From NCBI GenBank assembly GCA_021613535.1, contig CP075492.1, positions 1,240,001 through 1,304,000 of the forward strand: a DNA stretch of 64,000 nucleotides, read 5' to 3'. The notes under the pieces were generated by a model. It was not told the DNA's origin, did no database searches, and worked only from the letters and a program-made list of their open reading frames with translations. The translations under genes and the position numbers were made by a program. This document shows, piece after piece, positions 13,101 through 26,588 of this stretch (its first letter is position 1; the number at the start of each line of letters is the position of its first letter). Source of the DNA: Adineta vaga (lineage: Eukaryota > Animalia > Rotifera).

Positions 13101-13575
13101 GGATTTATCAGTAATCTCAGTGGTTCAACAATTCTTGGTAATGATTACGTATTTAAAAGTTTCTTAAATTATAAATTTTTTTAATCGTTTTATTCTCTAA
13201 CAAAAAAGGAAATTTTCTTTTCCATATTTTTGTGTCATGATATTTTTATTATTTTAAAAGTTTTTCGGCGATAACTCTAATCTATGTGCATAGACAACAA
13301 TCATATCAATTTACTATTTAATTCACATGTTTATTGACAAAAACAGAAAAGATGTCGTTGAAGAAATATAAATACATTATGCAAAAATAGAAGTTTTTCA
13401 ATATTTAGACATTCGAATCTAGTCATATAATAAACGAGAATATTGAGTTTCTATTAATTAATAAATATTTAGAAAATTTTTACGATTCATTACAGAAATC
13501 AGATATAATTGTACATGAGATATAAAAGTACGAGACATTATTCAAATTTCATTTTTGTTTTTCAAAAACAAAGTC

Positions 13576-16018
13576 ATGAAATTGACAACTATCAGTTTTT
13601 TGGTGCTGTTTGTTATCAGGTAAGTAATGAGTATATTCTGATTTTGTTCAATCTTCTAATATTATCTCATTTTCTCTATTTCAGCTTAACAGGTATTAAT
13701 TCGTTTTTTATTTAATACATCAATCTAATTATTTATTAAATAGGAAATGTTCATAGTCAAACATGTCATGGCACGATTCAATATGGTCATTGTTCATCAA
13801 ATAATGGTTGCGGATGTTTACACTTTTCATATGCTGATGATGTTGGTATTTGTGCTGTTCTTGGATTAAATTGTACACGATTGAGTCCATGTCAATGGCC
13901 ATATGATACTTGTGAAAGAGCTGATCATGTATGTGTTCGTCATCCTCAATGCAATTCATCTCCTCTTTGTTATCCATTACAAATGGTTGACCAACAATTA
14001 TGTCCAACATTATCTAGTCAGCAAAAATGTATTGTATTCGTTTACACTTTTAACTTTTCTCTTCTATTTTTATAGCATCTATGCCACCACCACCACCAAC
14101 AACAACAACAACATTACCCACATCTAATTACATAACTTCATACTATTCCAATGTATTGACTAATTATAGCCAAACATTTCCTTATATATCTAAGTACTAT
14201 CACACAATTCAAATTCTGGTTAATACATCAGGATATTACAATTTTACAAGCTTAAGTCATCTGTCCACTTTTGCTTATTTATATCGAAACTATTTCAATC
14301 CAAATAATGCATCATTAAATTTCCTTGCACAGGCTGATTTTAATTATCAAACAAATCAGTTCGAATTGAAAGCTTTTCTGCAAACTGGCATTTCGTATAT
14401 TTTAATTTTTACAACAAATACTGGAATTACAACAGGATCTTTCACAATTGTTGCATATGGATCAGATTATATTCATTTTTTTTCAATGAATAGTACACGA
14501 AATACAACAACAACAACGGATAAGTACATTAAGATATTAGAATTTTCAAAAACAATTTCTGACTCGTATAGGATGGAATTATACTACACCACAAAATTCT
14601 GTAATAGCCAACTATTCAAGTGCATTAACAGTTAATAGTGGAAAATTCTCTCGAGTAGGTAATTATGGATTTACATCTGATTACAATTTCTCGTCAAACT
14701 ATAGTTCTACATCAAATTATTATTATGAAACAATTGAAATAAATGTCTACATATCAGGTTATTATCGTTTGACAAGTTTAAGCGATTTTGATTCTTACGG
14801 TTATTTATATAAATGGAGCTTCGACCCATTAAATCCATCGAGAAACTTACTGGCACAAGATGATGATGGTGGTAATAATAGACAATTTGCTATTTCAATG
14901 TTTCTCGAAGGTGGTGTTTCATATATTTTGGTATTCACAACATATAGTGAGGGTCAACTTGGGTCATATAAAGTTATTGCATCCGGTCCAAGTTATGTAC
15001 GTTTTATTCGAATGAACACTAATTATTCAACTATAACTAGTAAGTAGTAGGATGTAAATGAAATATTTTTAGACTTCTTTTTGTTATTGATATTATTTTC
15101 TTTTAGCATCTACTGTAATTAAACCAGATATAATTATTACAACCTATTCAAATGCATTAACACAAAACAGTACAACATATCCCGGAACATATAAATATTA
15201 TCAAGAAATTCAAATATCTGTTCTGACATCAGGATATTACAATCTGTCAAGTTTAAGTAATATAGATAGTGTTGGATGTCTTTATCGGAATCCTTTTATC
15301 CCATCAAATTTAACTCTAAATCAATTAGTATGCAATGATGATTATAATGGTAGTCAATTTCAAATTACAAAGTTTCTTCAAGTTGGTGTCTTATATACTT
15401 TGGTATTTACGACATTCCACGAGAATAGTACTGGATTTTTTTCAGTTGTGGCTTCTGGTCCAAATTATATTCAATTTGTGTCATTATATCCTTTACAAAC
15501 AACAACCATGAGTAAGTAGAAGAATTCTTTTTATTATATCATCTGTATTGATAAATTTGAAAATATATTTAGTACCAACAAATATGGGTTCGATGTATTC
15601 AAGTGCATTAACAAGAGACAGCGCAAAATATTCTCGCTTTAGGGGTAATGTCTTTACAGCTGATTATAGTGTTACATCCAATTATGGTTCTTCGTCTAAT
15701 TTTTATTATGAAGCAATTCGTTTGAATATAACTAAAACAGGTACTCATACAATTATGAGTCAAAGTTCTATTGATACTTATGGTTTTATTTATCAAACTT
15801 ATTTTGATCCAATTCATCCATCGATTAATATTTTAGCAGAGGATGATGAAAGTGGTGGAAATAATCAATTTAAAATAACAAAAACTCTTCGCGCTGGTTA
15901 TTCATATATATTAGTTGTTACAACATGGGTAGGTGGTGTTACTGGACCATTCTCAATAGTTGTAAATACTCAAAATCCTATTGGCTTTAATCGTCTCGAT
16001 TACACTGACACTGGATAG
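13576..16018 (+). CDS. Secreted protein: Cys-rich N-terminal domain plus four tandem exon-encoded beta domains (DTYGYLY..DD.GG..QF type)
   Basis: MKLTTISFLVLFVI signal peptide, 8-nt microexon 13685-13692, Cys-rich exon 13744-14016, four homologous exons. Confidence 0.8.
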
Positions 16019-16084
16019 TGATAAAAACTACACACTTAAAGACAATTTTTTTCTAATCGCTTGAAGTTTTTTTTTACATTTATA

Positions 16085-16117
16085 TTGAGGGTGAAGTTTA
16101 AATCTTAATCATTCCAG
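16085..16117. repeat. Degenerate telomere-repeat element
   Basis: TTGAGGGTGAAG... just 3' of the gene. Confidence 0.35.
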
Positions 16118-16790
16118 AAATAAAAATAGAAAGCACCTGTTCAACCATAATTGATACTGATCCAACATCGTGTTGATAAATTCGTTCGTACCTTTTCTCT
16201 ATAGAGTGCGCAGTCCCCTTCTACGATCTTCGTATTTATGTTTTAATTGCGATGAATCGTGATCACTAACAAAGAGTGTCGGTGCTCGACGATTTGATAT
16301 TTGTGTGAGATTTTATGCGAATGTTTAGAACTTCATATTGACGAGCAAGAGAAATTTGACGTTTTCGTTCACCAACGGACCACACTGTACTTTAAAAAGA
16401 AACTGTATACGAAGACACTTTCTTTTGCTTTTTTTCTTCACCGAAACGTCAAATATATGGTCTTTCATCTGTATTATCTTCGATATTCGTTAAATCTCTT
16501 ATTGTATACCGTAAATATATAGAGGCAAGAACAAGAAAGAAGAAACTGGAAATTTTGTTCTGTTTCCTTATATGTACTCTCAAGTTGGATAATAGGAAGG
16601 ATCGATAAATCCTTATCTAGTTATATATACTTGAGAAATACTTATTTTCTTTAAACTATAATCTCTTGTAGTCAATTGGTCTTAGTAATACTCTATTGTG
16701 TATATAACTACAAAAGTGATCTGAAGCAGAAAACACATGCATAAGAAAAACTGCATAGAACAAAAATGAATCACAATTGATTGGTATCCA

Positions 16791-18772
16791 TTAATTACTA
16801 ATATATTCAAGTTTGAATACCCATGTCCATTCACTTTCAAGTAAATGAAGTTTGATATTTGAGATATCGATTATAATACCACGAGTTCCGCTAACTACAC
16901 GCCATGAAAGAGAATCACTATTTGAACCTATCAGTGTCACAACTGTATTCGACGAACTTAATGGAGCACCAAGTATAATTTCATTAGTATCCTTTGGCCA
17001 TATGAGAAGAAAAGCATAGACAAATTTACTATCTTTTGATGATGTATACCTCAAATGAGAGAAAATCTTTTAAAATAACATTCATTTTCATTCAAATTAC
17101 CAAACATTCGAATTAATCGTATCATTTTGATATTTCCATGGTTTTGTCGCATAAATTCCTTCACCATTTACTTTCAACCATGAACCCATCTGTCGAAGAC
17201 GTTCTTGAAATATTGGAGGAATTTTTCCATGCATTGTAGGTCCAACATTGATCAAGGCATTACCTCCAGTACTAAATAATGAAAAAAGAATCAACAATAT
17301 TATAAAAATTCTAAAGAAAAACCACCTGATTGTAGTAACAATTTCTTTGAGTAATTCTTCAATTGTTAAATAATCACCAATATTAGCAGTACGACGATAT
17401 CCCCAAGAACTTTTATCAATCTATCCAATTATGATAATAATTCAAATGTAGTGAAATTTGTTTTTATACTGTAAAGCAATTTTCCCATTTGTGTTCCATG
17501 AGTTGTCCCGGATTGTAATTATCTGCACAAGTATAGAAATCACCATGTTTACATGAAGTTTCTCTACCCCATCGATCGTTAGTAATCTAACAAAATCAAC
17601 GGAAGACTTTGATCATTAATCGTAAACAATATACTTACAACAGTATTTTTTACGGGACTATCATTATAAAGCCAAGCCAAAAATTGTGTAGCACTCCAAT
17701 AGGTTGAAGGTGCTTCTGAAATATAATGGATATATATTTGAAGAATAAAGATTTATTAACAAACGCCATTCGCCATCAGACCAAACAATTTCAGGTTTAT
17801 ATGTTTCTATGAGTTCTCTCAGTTCTGGTAATGTTTTCATCTGAAATAATATACTTTTCATTTGATTCTCTTTTATGTATAACAAATATTTACTTGCGGG
17901 AAATATTGAGTAGTGAAATTATTAGATTTATCTTGTAAATATACTGGATGGAACCATTCGAACAAGGAATAATATAAACCAAAGATAAGACTTGTTCGAT
18001 TTCGAATAGCTACAGCTAAATCTCCTAAAAGATACGTTGTGAGCAAAAGAACATATAGAATAAGAAAAAGCTTTCGAACCAATTAAATCTCGTTTTGGAC
18101 CAACATGCATCGAATTCCAATTAAAAGAAAATGTTGATGGCCACATAGTAAAACCTTCATGATGCTATTTGTTAAGAGATAATATGCAAGTTGATATTAC
18201 ATTTTCAAACTAACCTTGCTAGTAAGAACAATGTACCTGAAAAGAATAGGTAATATTTCTATGAAGAAGAAAAAGAATTGAATTTACTTTGCACCTGAAG
18301 CAGCAAATAGATCTGCCCATTCATTTGGATCTAAAATGTAAAGCAATTAGCGTGTTTTTTTAAAAACCTACTCATCAATATTTTCACCATAAAGATCCGC
18401 ACGAAATTGTGGACCAAAATCAGCATAATTCCAATCTGGTGGATAGCTTTTCTTCATATAGTCTACAATATCCTGTTTTGGATTAGTACCTTTCCAATCC
18501 CACCACATCCTAAAAATAGATCAAATAAATGTTTTTGTTCTTTCTGTATATTTCTAATAACTCATAGAATAAACTCACCATTCCGAAGAAATAGATGGGA
18601 CACTGTATAATCCCCAATGAATGAAAATACCTATTTTGCTTTCATCGTACCATGTAGGTAACGGACGTGCATCAAGTGATTCCCAATCAGGAGTATATTG
18701 TTGTTCACTCACTGATAGAAATGAACAAGAGAAAAGAATGATGAATATCAGTTTTGTCATGCAATAATACAT
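16791..18772 (-). CDS. FUCA: Alpha-L-fucosidase (GH29)
   Basis: [66 protein letters not shown]; many short introns. Confidence 0.92.
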
Positions 18773-19109
18773 CTAATATCGATCTAAAACAAAAGGATAG
18801 CTGCATCACAGTTGAATTCAATGTATTTCTATCGTTTTCAAACTCCTAGTTAACAGAACATCGTTTCATTGGTAAAGTATAAGTAACTTTTATCGCTTTT
18901 ATGATGTTTTAATGTATGGAAAGAAAAGAGTTCTTTACTTATCTTTATACTGATTTACAATTTAATAACAGTAGAAAATGTTGATTATCAATTGTAAATT
19001 TCAGAATGACTATTATTACACGAAGAATCATCAATAAATCGACTTTGTATTTTACAATTATTAAAGTAAACGTTCTACAAGAATAAGGAAACTGGTCAAT
19101 TTTTATAAT

Positions 19110-19169
19110 TTGATGGTGGATGAACGTGAGGATGCTTTTCTATCGATTGCCCTCACCCACACCCTCAAG
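19110..19169. repeat. Telomere-repeat hairpin element
   Basis: TTGATGGTGGATGAACGTGAGG...GCCCTCACCCACACCCTCAAG(AT). Confidence 0.75.
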
Positions 19170-20090
19170 ATGGGATTAGAACAGTTATCTGGGTGGGGGC
19201 GGGGGCGTTGATGTCTGGATCCAAGATGCACAATTGCAATGCCTAGGTTGGGTTCTCAAAAAAACTGAATCTGATATGTAAAAAGCGTCAGAAAATAGTG
19301 CTACCCGATTTTTATGATATATTTATCATTGATTTACCTGATGAGGAAAAAGAATGAGAATATTTTTGAAAAACAAATTTGCATTCATTACTCATCAGAT
19401 CATTGCATTGATGCTTTTTTTCCTTTCTGTCATCGAGCAACATGACTCGCACTTACTCAAAACAAGTTATACAAGTATATAAATATCAATGAAACGAAAA
19501 CATCTCATAAGTATACTTCTTTCATCTAAACTTAATTCAATGACGATAAAATCATATCTGGTAGTTTATAATGCAAGGAAATAAAATGTCGATTCAACTG
19601 AAAGAAATGAGTCTCTTGTGGAGTCAATGGTCTACTCCATTTTACAATGGAAGCTCACGATGGTCAACAAATATAAAAACGTCAGCATGCTGATAGTTTA
19701 CATTTCTATGCTGGAACACATCGTAATCTGAACGAAACTGAAAAATAGTTGCGATTTATGGATGAGAACAAACTCAGTTGGTGTAATTAGGCATTAAATG
19801 ATAAACCAGAAAGTACTTTTGTACTGACGATTTTGGTAAATGTTGCTATGTATCGCTTCTTGCTCTTGGAGCTTTATTATAACCTGTAACTTAAAAATGA
19901 ATTCTTGATAGACGTCGAAGTATAGAGTCGTTTTTCATTTCTTCCAACAAACAACCATGTAATTAATGATGAAGAGCAAACCGAATCAAACTTGATTATC
20001 ATCATCTGAAGCTGAAAATCTGCTCCCTTCGCCATTTACTAGTGATCAAACTATATGGGATCTTGTTTCTAACACATCGTCATCTTATCT

Positions 20091-20136
20091 CTAGGGTATG
20101 AGACTGAGAATGACCATGGTCTACACTCACCTTCAG
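20091..20136. repeat. Degenerate telomere-repeat hairpin element
   Basis: CTAGGGTATGAG...ACACTCACCTTCAG. Confidence 0.5.
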
Positions 20137-20443
20137 TTAATATAATATCGTCTATTTACCAAGAAACAATTATTCATATGTACACAATTTGATATTAATG
20201 GAATTTCTTCTCAAATTAAAAGTTTATCGACATTCTTAGAATCGAAAAATAATCTTGAAATCGTAAATTTAAAGAAAAAATTGTATGTTTGTATGACCTT
20301 CAAAGCATCATTCTAACTTAAAGATTATCAAAATTGAGTAATTTGTCACCTATAACTTGTGAACTATTTCTATTCACAATTGTGACTGAACAAAATTAGC
20401 TGTTCAACAGCTGAAGCAACTCGTTTTAAATCGATTCGAACAC

Positions 20444-20478
20444 GGATGTGGATGAGAAAATAACTCTCATTCTCAAGA
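20444..20478. repeat. Degenerate telomere-repeat hairpin element
   Basis: GGATGTGGATGAGA...TCTCATTCTCAAGA. Confidence 0.45.
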
Positions 20479-20589
20479 TCACCAACTGCTTTGAACAATT
20501 CTTTTTTTTTTCTTTCTTTTTCTGTAATATATCTATTATATCTGTTGAGTTTATTAAGCTTTGCTATCTGTCATTCAAATACATAAAAA

Positions 20590-20820
20590 TTATGTACGGT
20601 TAAATAGATTTCGTAGAAATTGTCTGGCAATTTTGCCAGGTTGAAGATTTTCAGTATTGGTTGCAAATGCTACTCCATGTGTTGGTTGAAATTGATTAAC
20701 ATGTCCTTGAACATCATAAAGATGTTGTTGATTGTTACTATGCACAAAACGTTGCAATTCTGCATTAACATTGAGCCAATGCGCAGCAGTTTGTCTTCCC
20801 ATTCCAGTAGGTGCACTCAT
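20590..20820 (-). CDS. Small 76-aa orphan protein
   Basis: AAAAATG start context, coding-like composition, TATATAA about 90 bp upstream on the - strand. Confidence 0.6.
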   Translation of the reverse strand: MSAPTGMGRQTAAHWLNVNAELQRFVHSNNQQHLYDVQGHVNQFQPTHGVAFATNTENLQPGKIARQFLRNLFNRT

Positions 20821-21107
20821 TTTTGTACGTTTGACGAAGAAAAACGATTAGAGAAATGTGTCTATGTGTATGAATGAATGAATGAATGATAAAAAAAACA
20901 TTGGTTATATACAAGAGATACTTGTTTTTAATAATGAGTCATGATAAGCAGTAGACCATAACAGAAAGGACATAACACGCGTGATTTCGTCAATAAAGGA
21001 AGTAATTATGATGCTAGGGAAAAAAACCGTTTTATTTTGTTTGAATGATCTGTGTACAAGGCAAAATAGGGTTTTTAATACAATTTTTTTGTCAAAAGTT
21101 CTAAGTT

Positions 21108-21170
21108 TTGAAGGATGTGTGTGAGTATGATTTTAGAATGAATATTATACACAACCACTCACACCCACAT
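21108..21170. repeat. Telomere-repeat hairpin element (spacer family I, diverged)
   Basis: TTGAAGGATGTGTGTGAGT...agaatgaa...CAACCACTCACACCCACA. Confidence 0.7.
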
Positions 21171-21403
21171 TGACGAGAAGTATTTGTGTACTCTCTCACG
21201 AACGATTATTGTATATTCGTCGTATTTCGTTATATATAACACGATGAGATAGAATCTTCATTCTTTTATCTAAAAATACAATGATATACGATCGTTTACT
21301 ATTATCCTTTGCAACATATACGATCGTATATGATCTTTTACAGCGTCTTATATGACCACTTCGAACTTGTGTAACTCTTCCTTTGAGTTCATGTTGTGAA
21401 TCA

Positions 21404-23839
21404 TTATAATCTCGATAAATATTCATCAACTAGATCATACTGCTGTACTTTTGTATAATCATTTAGTAATTTTACATAAATATTAGCAATTTTAATATTT
21501 TCATCATACAATTTCGATCGTCCTTCACATATTCGAATAGCATTATTCAAATATTCGGAAACCAAATGATATTGTCGTAATTTTACAGAGATATTTGCTA
21601 AGTTTACGTTGATTTTTCCCATTTCATATATTGTATTTTGAACATCAGTATCAGATGATTGAAGTATTTCTTCACATAATTTCATAGCTATTATAAGGTT
21701 TGAATAGGCTAAATTTTCTTGTCGTAATTTTATATAAATGAGAGACAATTTTTCATAAGCAATAATAATATTATTTTTTTTATGATTAATACTACCGACA
21801 CTATCATTTCGATATGGCGTATAATATTTTATTGTATATTCAAGATTGAGTAATTGATAATGAAGTCCTAAATGATAATTATGCTTATATTTTATATAAA
21901 TATTCACTATTTTTTCATAAATATCAATTATTCGTATAAAAGGTATTTTCGATAGTTGTAAATACATATTAATAACATTTTGATAATTGATTAAAGCATC
22001 ATCATAATTATTGATTAAAATAAAAAGATCAGCTAATTCACTAATACGTAAAATAATAATATAATCATAATTTGAATAATATTTTAACATTTCTTGTATA
22101 GTTAATTGTAAATATACTATATTCATTGAAGCATTCTCTTGTATATCATTACTAATATTTCTTTTACAATTATAAATAGTAGACAATAAATTTAATATAT
22201 ATATTTTTTCATAATTTATTATTGCTTTTTCATTTGCTGATTTCATATATGATATAGCTAAATTACAATGTTTTATTGCAAGTTTTTTATTCATAGGACG
22301 TTTTATTTTATAACAAACACCTATGAAACTATGTATATAACCAATATCAATTAAACAATTTAATTCATTATCTTCTATATAATCATTCCAAATTTGTAAA
22401 ACTTGTTTAAGATAAATGAATTAATTCATTGAAGATAAGATTTATTTCGTATTCTGATGCTTTTTGAATCGTTCTTGGTAATCGATTAATTGAATATTTT
22501 AAAATTTTTCTAATTGAAAAATCAATATTATTTTCATAAAGACTATATTCATGAGGAGAATATGCATAATCTAAATCCATTTTAATAAACCAATAATTTT
22601 CATTTTCATCATAATAAATATCTTGTATTTCAAATTTACATCCTATCATAAAAAGAATTTCTAATTCTTCAGAAAAATGACTTAAAGATGAAATATTTGC
22701 AAATGGAGCTGATGCTTGTTGTCGAATATCAAGTTCAAATTCAAATAAAACATTTTGAAATTGATCATCAGATTTTAATAATGGATTAATGAATACAGAT
22801 GCTACATAACGATTGAGACTTGTAGAAACAAAAACTATTATTTATAATACAATGACCAATTTGTAAACTTTTTATTTCATCTATATGTATTGTTTGTCCA
22901 CGATATGATTTTACAATTGGTTGATGTTCGAAATGTATTGATTTAAATAGTTCAAATTCAGTTTTTAATTGTCGATATAAATCTTGAACAAAAAAAGCAA
23001 AAAGAAACATTATTTTAATATTATGTTGACGAAGAGTTTTATTCAATAGACCAAATAAAAACGTTGGACGTGTATATCACCATATTACTTGACTTGATCT
23101 ATAGTTTTGTTCAAATTCTGATATAATACTTAATTCAAATAACTTTCCATCATAATAAACTTTTAAAAATTCAATGAGTTTAAGATAAGTGTCTGTCGGA
23201 TACGATAATGTAACTAATACACGAATAAATCCATACCACCAACTACCACTATAATTATCTGTTGTTCTCTGAATCTTTTCGAATTCACTAAAATCAATTT
23301 GTCTTTCAGATCTTTTATATTCATTAACATCAATAGACAAATCATTCAATAGATAAGATATTTCTTTATTTTCTTCTACGACCTAAATTGATAGTATATA
23401 GAACAGAAACAAAAGATAATCTGTATACTATGCGTAAAAATATATACAAACTGTTATAACATAATTTTGAATAGTTTGAGAAGCATTTCTGATTATTATC
23501 CAATCTATATATGATATAAATTTTCAAAATATATTTCAAATGATGTATTTTAGGGATAAGTTCTTCTGCTAATTCTCTTGTAGAAACTAGAAATGTGGTT
23601 GTATCTTGTATTTGTTTGATATGTTCTAAACAATTTTCGCTTTTTTCGAATACTTTTGTATAATCGACAATTTTTCGTAGATTTTCTATATTAATAACAT
23701 TGTTTCGATTAAATTCTGGATCGAGCCATACGAATTGATGTGATTCAATATTAACTTGTCGATTATTGGTTTTATGACAATATTTTGTACTTAAATCATT
23801 AGAAGAACTATCATTTAATGTTTTATCATATGAATACAT
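21404..23839 (-). pseudogene. ADP-ribosyltransferase + TPR protein, disrupted
   Basis: FVWLD N-domain; W*YTRPTFLFGLLNKTLR with in-frame TGA at 23077; YRGQ; frameshifted NSF(V)STS; PFANISSLSHFSEELEILFMIG; TPRs; at least 3 lesions. Confidence 0.8.
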
Positions 23840-24131
23840 TGAATATATTATTGATTTTGTTGAGTATCGCGTCTACCAAGAATTGGTGAAACGAAAAACT
23901 TTCTTTTACTTCTATTATTTTTTTTTCTTTTGTTATAAATATATTCATAAATAATCAGACAACTTCGCCAAGAATTTTTTTCATCGTTGAAGGTTAAAAA
24001 TAACATAAATTTCTCAAGTATTTTATTTATCGTTATATTCCTTTTCATAACATTTGAATAATTTAAAATAAAACTTTTCGTTCGTCCATACAGAGAAAAA
24101 AAGAAAGAATATAAATTTTATGAACATGTAT

Positions 24132-24276
24132 CTTGAAGGTTAAGGAATCTACCGTGATCATGATCTCATTCTTAATAAGGACTTTTCAGACGGCATCGAT
24201 AGAGTACTTATTCGAAGTGAATCGAATATGTTGAGGAAAAAAAGAATCATGGACGAAGTCCATGAGACACCTTCAA
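24132..24276. repeat. Diverged hairpin element (spacer family III)
   Basis: CTTGAAGGT...AATCATGGACGAAGTCCATGAGACACCTTCAA; inner segment matches 30709-30735. Confidence 0.6.
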
Positions 24277-24570
24277 TTTAAGAAAGTTAATTTAAAACGA
24301 TACTTAAAAAAGATTTTCCTTTCTTTTCTCTCATTCTCTCTCTCTTGATTTTTAAAACATTTCTGATGAAATTTTTTCATACACTTATGTATGTTGTATA
24401 ATTTATGTTTGTTTACATAGCCTCGTTCTTTTTTGACTCGATGCTTACTTTATCGTACTTTGGTTACATTTGAGCAACTGTGTTTTCGCTTTATTTACAT
24501 AACACATTTTGTGATTGACAGGAAATTTTTTTTATAAAAAACGTTGCTTCTCTTCATTTTCTTCATCATT

Positions 24571-25548
24571 ATGTCGTCGATTAGAGAACGTGTGTTTGTC
24601 ACTGGAGCAAGTGGAAATATTGGTAGTGGTGTTGTTCGTGGTCTCGTCAAAAAAGGAATCGATACAACAGCATTTGTACGAGATGAACAGAAAGCTATAA
24701 ATCTATTCAAAGATGAACTTAATACTGGTCATTTGAATATCGTTATTGGTGATTATTCATCTATTGAAGCTTTTACAAAAGGAATTCAAGGACATACCCG
24801 TCTCTTTCTTTTATTTGCTGGTACACATAGTAAACCAACGGAGATGCGTCAAGTAAAAGGAACTTTTGCAAAGATTGCTTTCGAACATAATGTTCGACAA
24901 ATTGTTGATCTTTCTTCAGCTTATGTTAGTAGTTATGGTAAGAAAGGTATCATTGGATATATGCATACAACAGCAGAAGAAAAACTTTGGGAACTTGCCG
25001 ATGAAAAACCTGCAGAACGTTCACTTGTTGTACTTCGTCCTGGAGCATTCATGACGAATCATCTTCGAGGTGATGTTTATCATATAAAACACTCAAACAA
25101 ACTTGTTTCATGTGGAACACCTTCATCAATAGCAACTTGGATTGATACACGAGGTAAATAAAATAGATGATGAAAATTAGTTTTACTATAGTTTTCTTTA
25201 CGATTTTAAGATATATCTGATTGTGCTGTAGCTGTTTTAAGTGAATTAGTTGATAAACATGATCGTAACATTTACGAACTTGGTACCGAAGCTTTGACTC
25301 AAGAACAACGAGCAGCTGTTTTCACAAAGGTTCTTGGTAAAACAATTACATATGAACAAGAATCATTTGAAGATTTCTATAAAAAACTAACTGATTTGGG
25401 CTTGCCTCATTCGGTTGCATATAATTTTGCATTAACTGCGTCAAAAAGTAGTTGTGACGTCACTACTCCTCAAATAGCTTTAATTATTGGCCGACCATTG
25501 CATACACTTGAAGAATGGATCAAAGATAACATTAAAGCATTTCAATAG
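24571..25548 (+). CDS. NmrA-like / atypical SDR NAD(P)-binding protein
   Basis: VFVTGASGNIG, LRPGAFMTN, WIDTRDI across intron 25154-25210. Confidence 0.85.
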
Positions 25549-25645
25549 ATAACACTCTGTCTCTAACATGTAGAATGTCCCCAAAGTCGTTTACATTTAA
25601 ACTATTCCGAATATCTACACCTTTTTATATGACAATATCAATTTT

Positions 25646-25693
25646 TTGAGGGTCGGTGAGGGTATGGGTATATTTTCTTCACTCACACTTTCA
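25646..25693. repeat. Telomere-repeat hairpin element
   Basis: TTGAGGGTCGGTGAGGGTATGGGT...CACTCACACTTTCA. Confidence 0.7.
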
Positions 25694-25755
25694 TCGAATT
25701 TTTCTTTGTTTATCTCAGCAAAGACGGTTGACAGCGCAGTAACAGATATTAAACG

Positions 25756-26528
25756 ATGCTGAATAATCAATATTCGGATAGTTTATCTAATAATCTAATT
25801 ATGTTATCAGAAGATGATCCTCGTATACAATGTAAGTATCTCATATCAATCAAATATATTTAATTCATACGTGACGTTCAGATCTTGGATCAAATCCTCT
25901 ATCAAATTTTCCAATATTGTCGTTCATATTCGTTTCTTTTATCGTTAATAGTCTATTATTCTATTTTCTTTCATCATCTCTAACACCACTTATCAAAACT
26001 TATATTATCTCAACAATTCATTCTATTGCAACGGTGTCTGCCATGATCAGTGAGAACTCGATCAGCATTGATTCATCATAGTATCGTTCTCATATCTTGA
26101 ATTTCAGGTAAAACAAATTATCCAAAACGAACTAAACCTTTCTATGTTTTACATGTTCATATGCTCGCTGAAGAACTTTCAACAATTCCATTGAATCTTA
26201 AGCCAATTTATCATAACTGACGTCGTATACATGATTTTTGTGCTGTTTTATTTGCGATCACATTCATCTTAAGTCGTCTTACTTATGGTACAGTCATAAC
26301 TTCGTATACATTTCGAGCAGTACCACAATTCATTCGAATATCCTCAAAGTTAAGCGATACAACAAGTATTGTATTCGTTATAGCACAAGTTTTATTATTT
26401 ATTCTTATAAGAATACTAAATCTTTATTGGACAATATTAATCGTACGCAAACCATGTACAGTATAGTTCGAAGCAATAAACCATCGGTTACGACTATCAA
26501 TCATAGACTAAGTAAGAAAACTTTCTAA
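25756..26528 (+). pseudogene. TLC (TRAM/LAG1/CLN8) domain membrane protein, decayed
   Basis: One intron (about 25832-25881), then ISTIHSIATVSAM and MLAEELSTIPLNLK (TLC-type ExSTxxLN motif); stops and frameshifts. Confidence 0.55.
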
Positions 26529-26588
26529 ATTATTATTCTGTTTCCTTCAAATCGAACTTTTTTTGTGTAAATACTATTGAAATAAAAG

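Noticed and set aside
19600-20090. Coding-like decayed segment between two hairpin elements
   Set aside because: Cannot assign a frame or family from sequence alone.
23077-23079. In-frame TGA as selenocysteine or a variant genetic code
   Set aside because: It replaces a Trp in a gene with other lesions, and intact genes here use TGA as stop.
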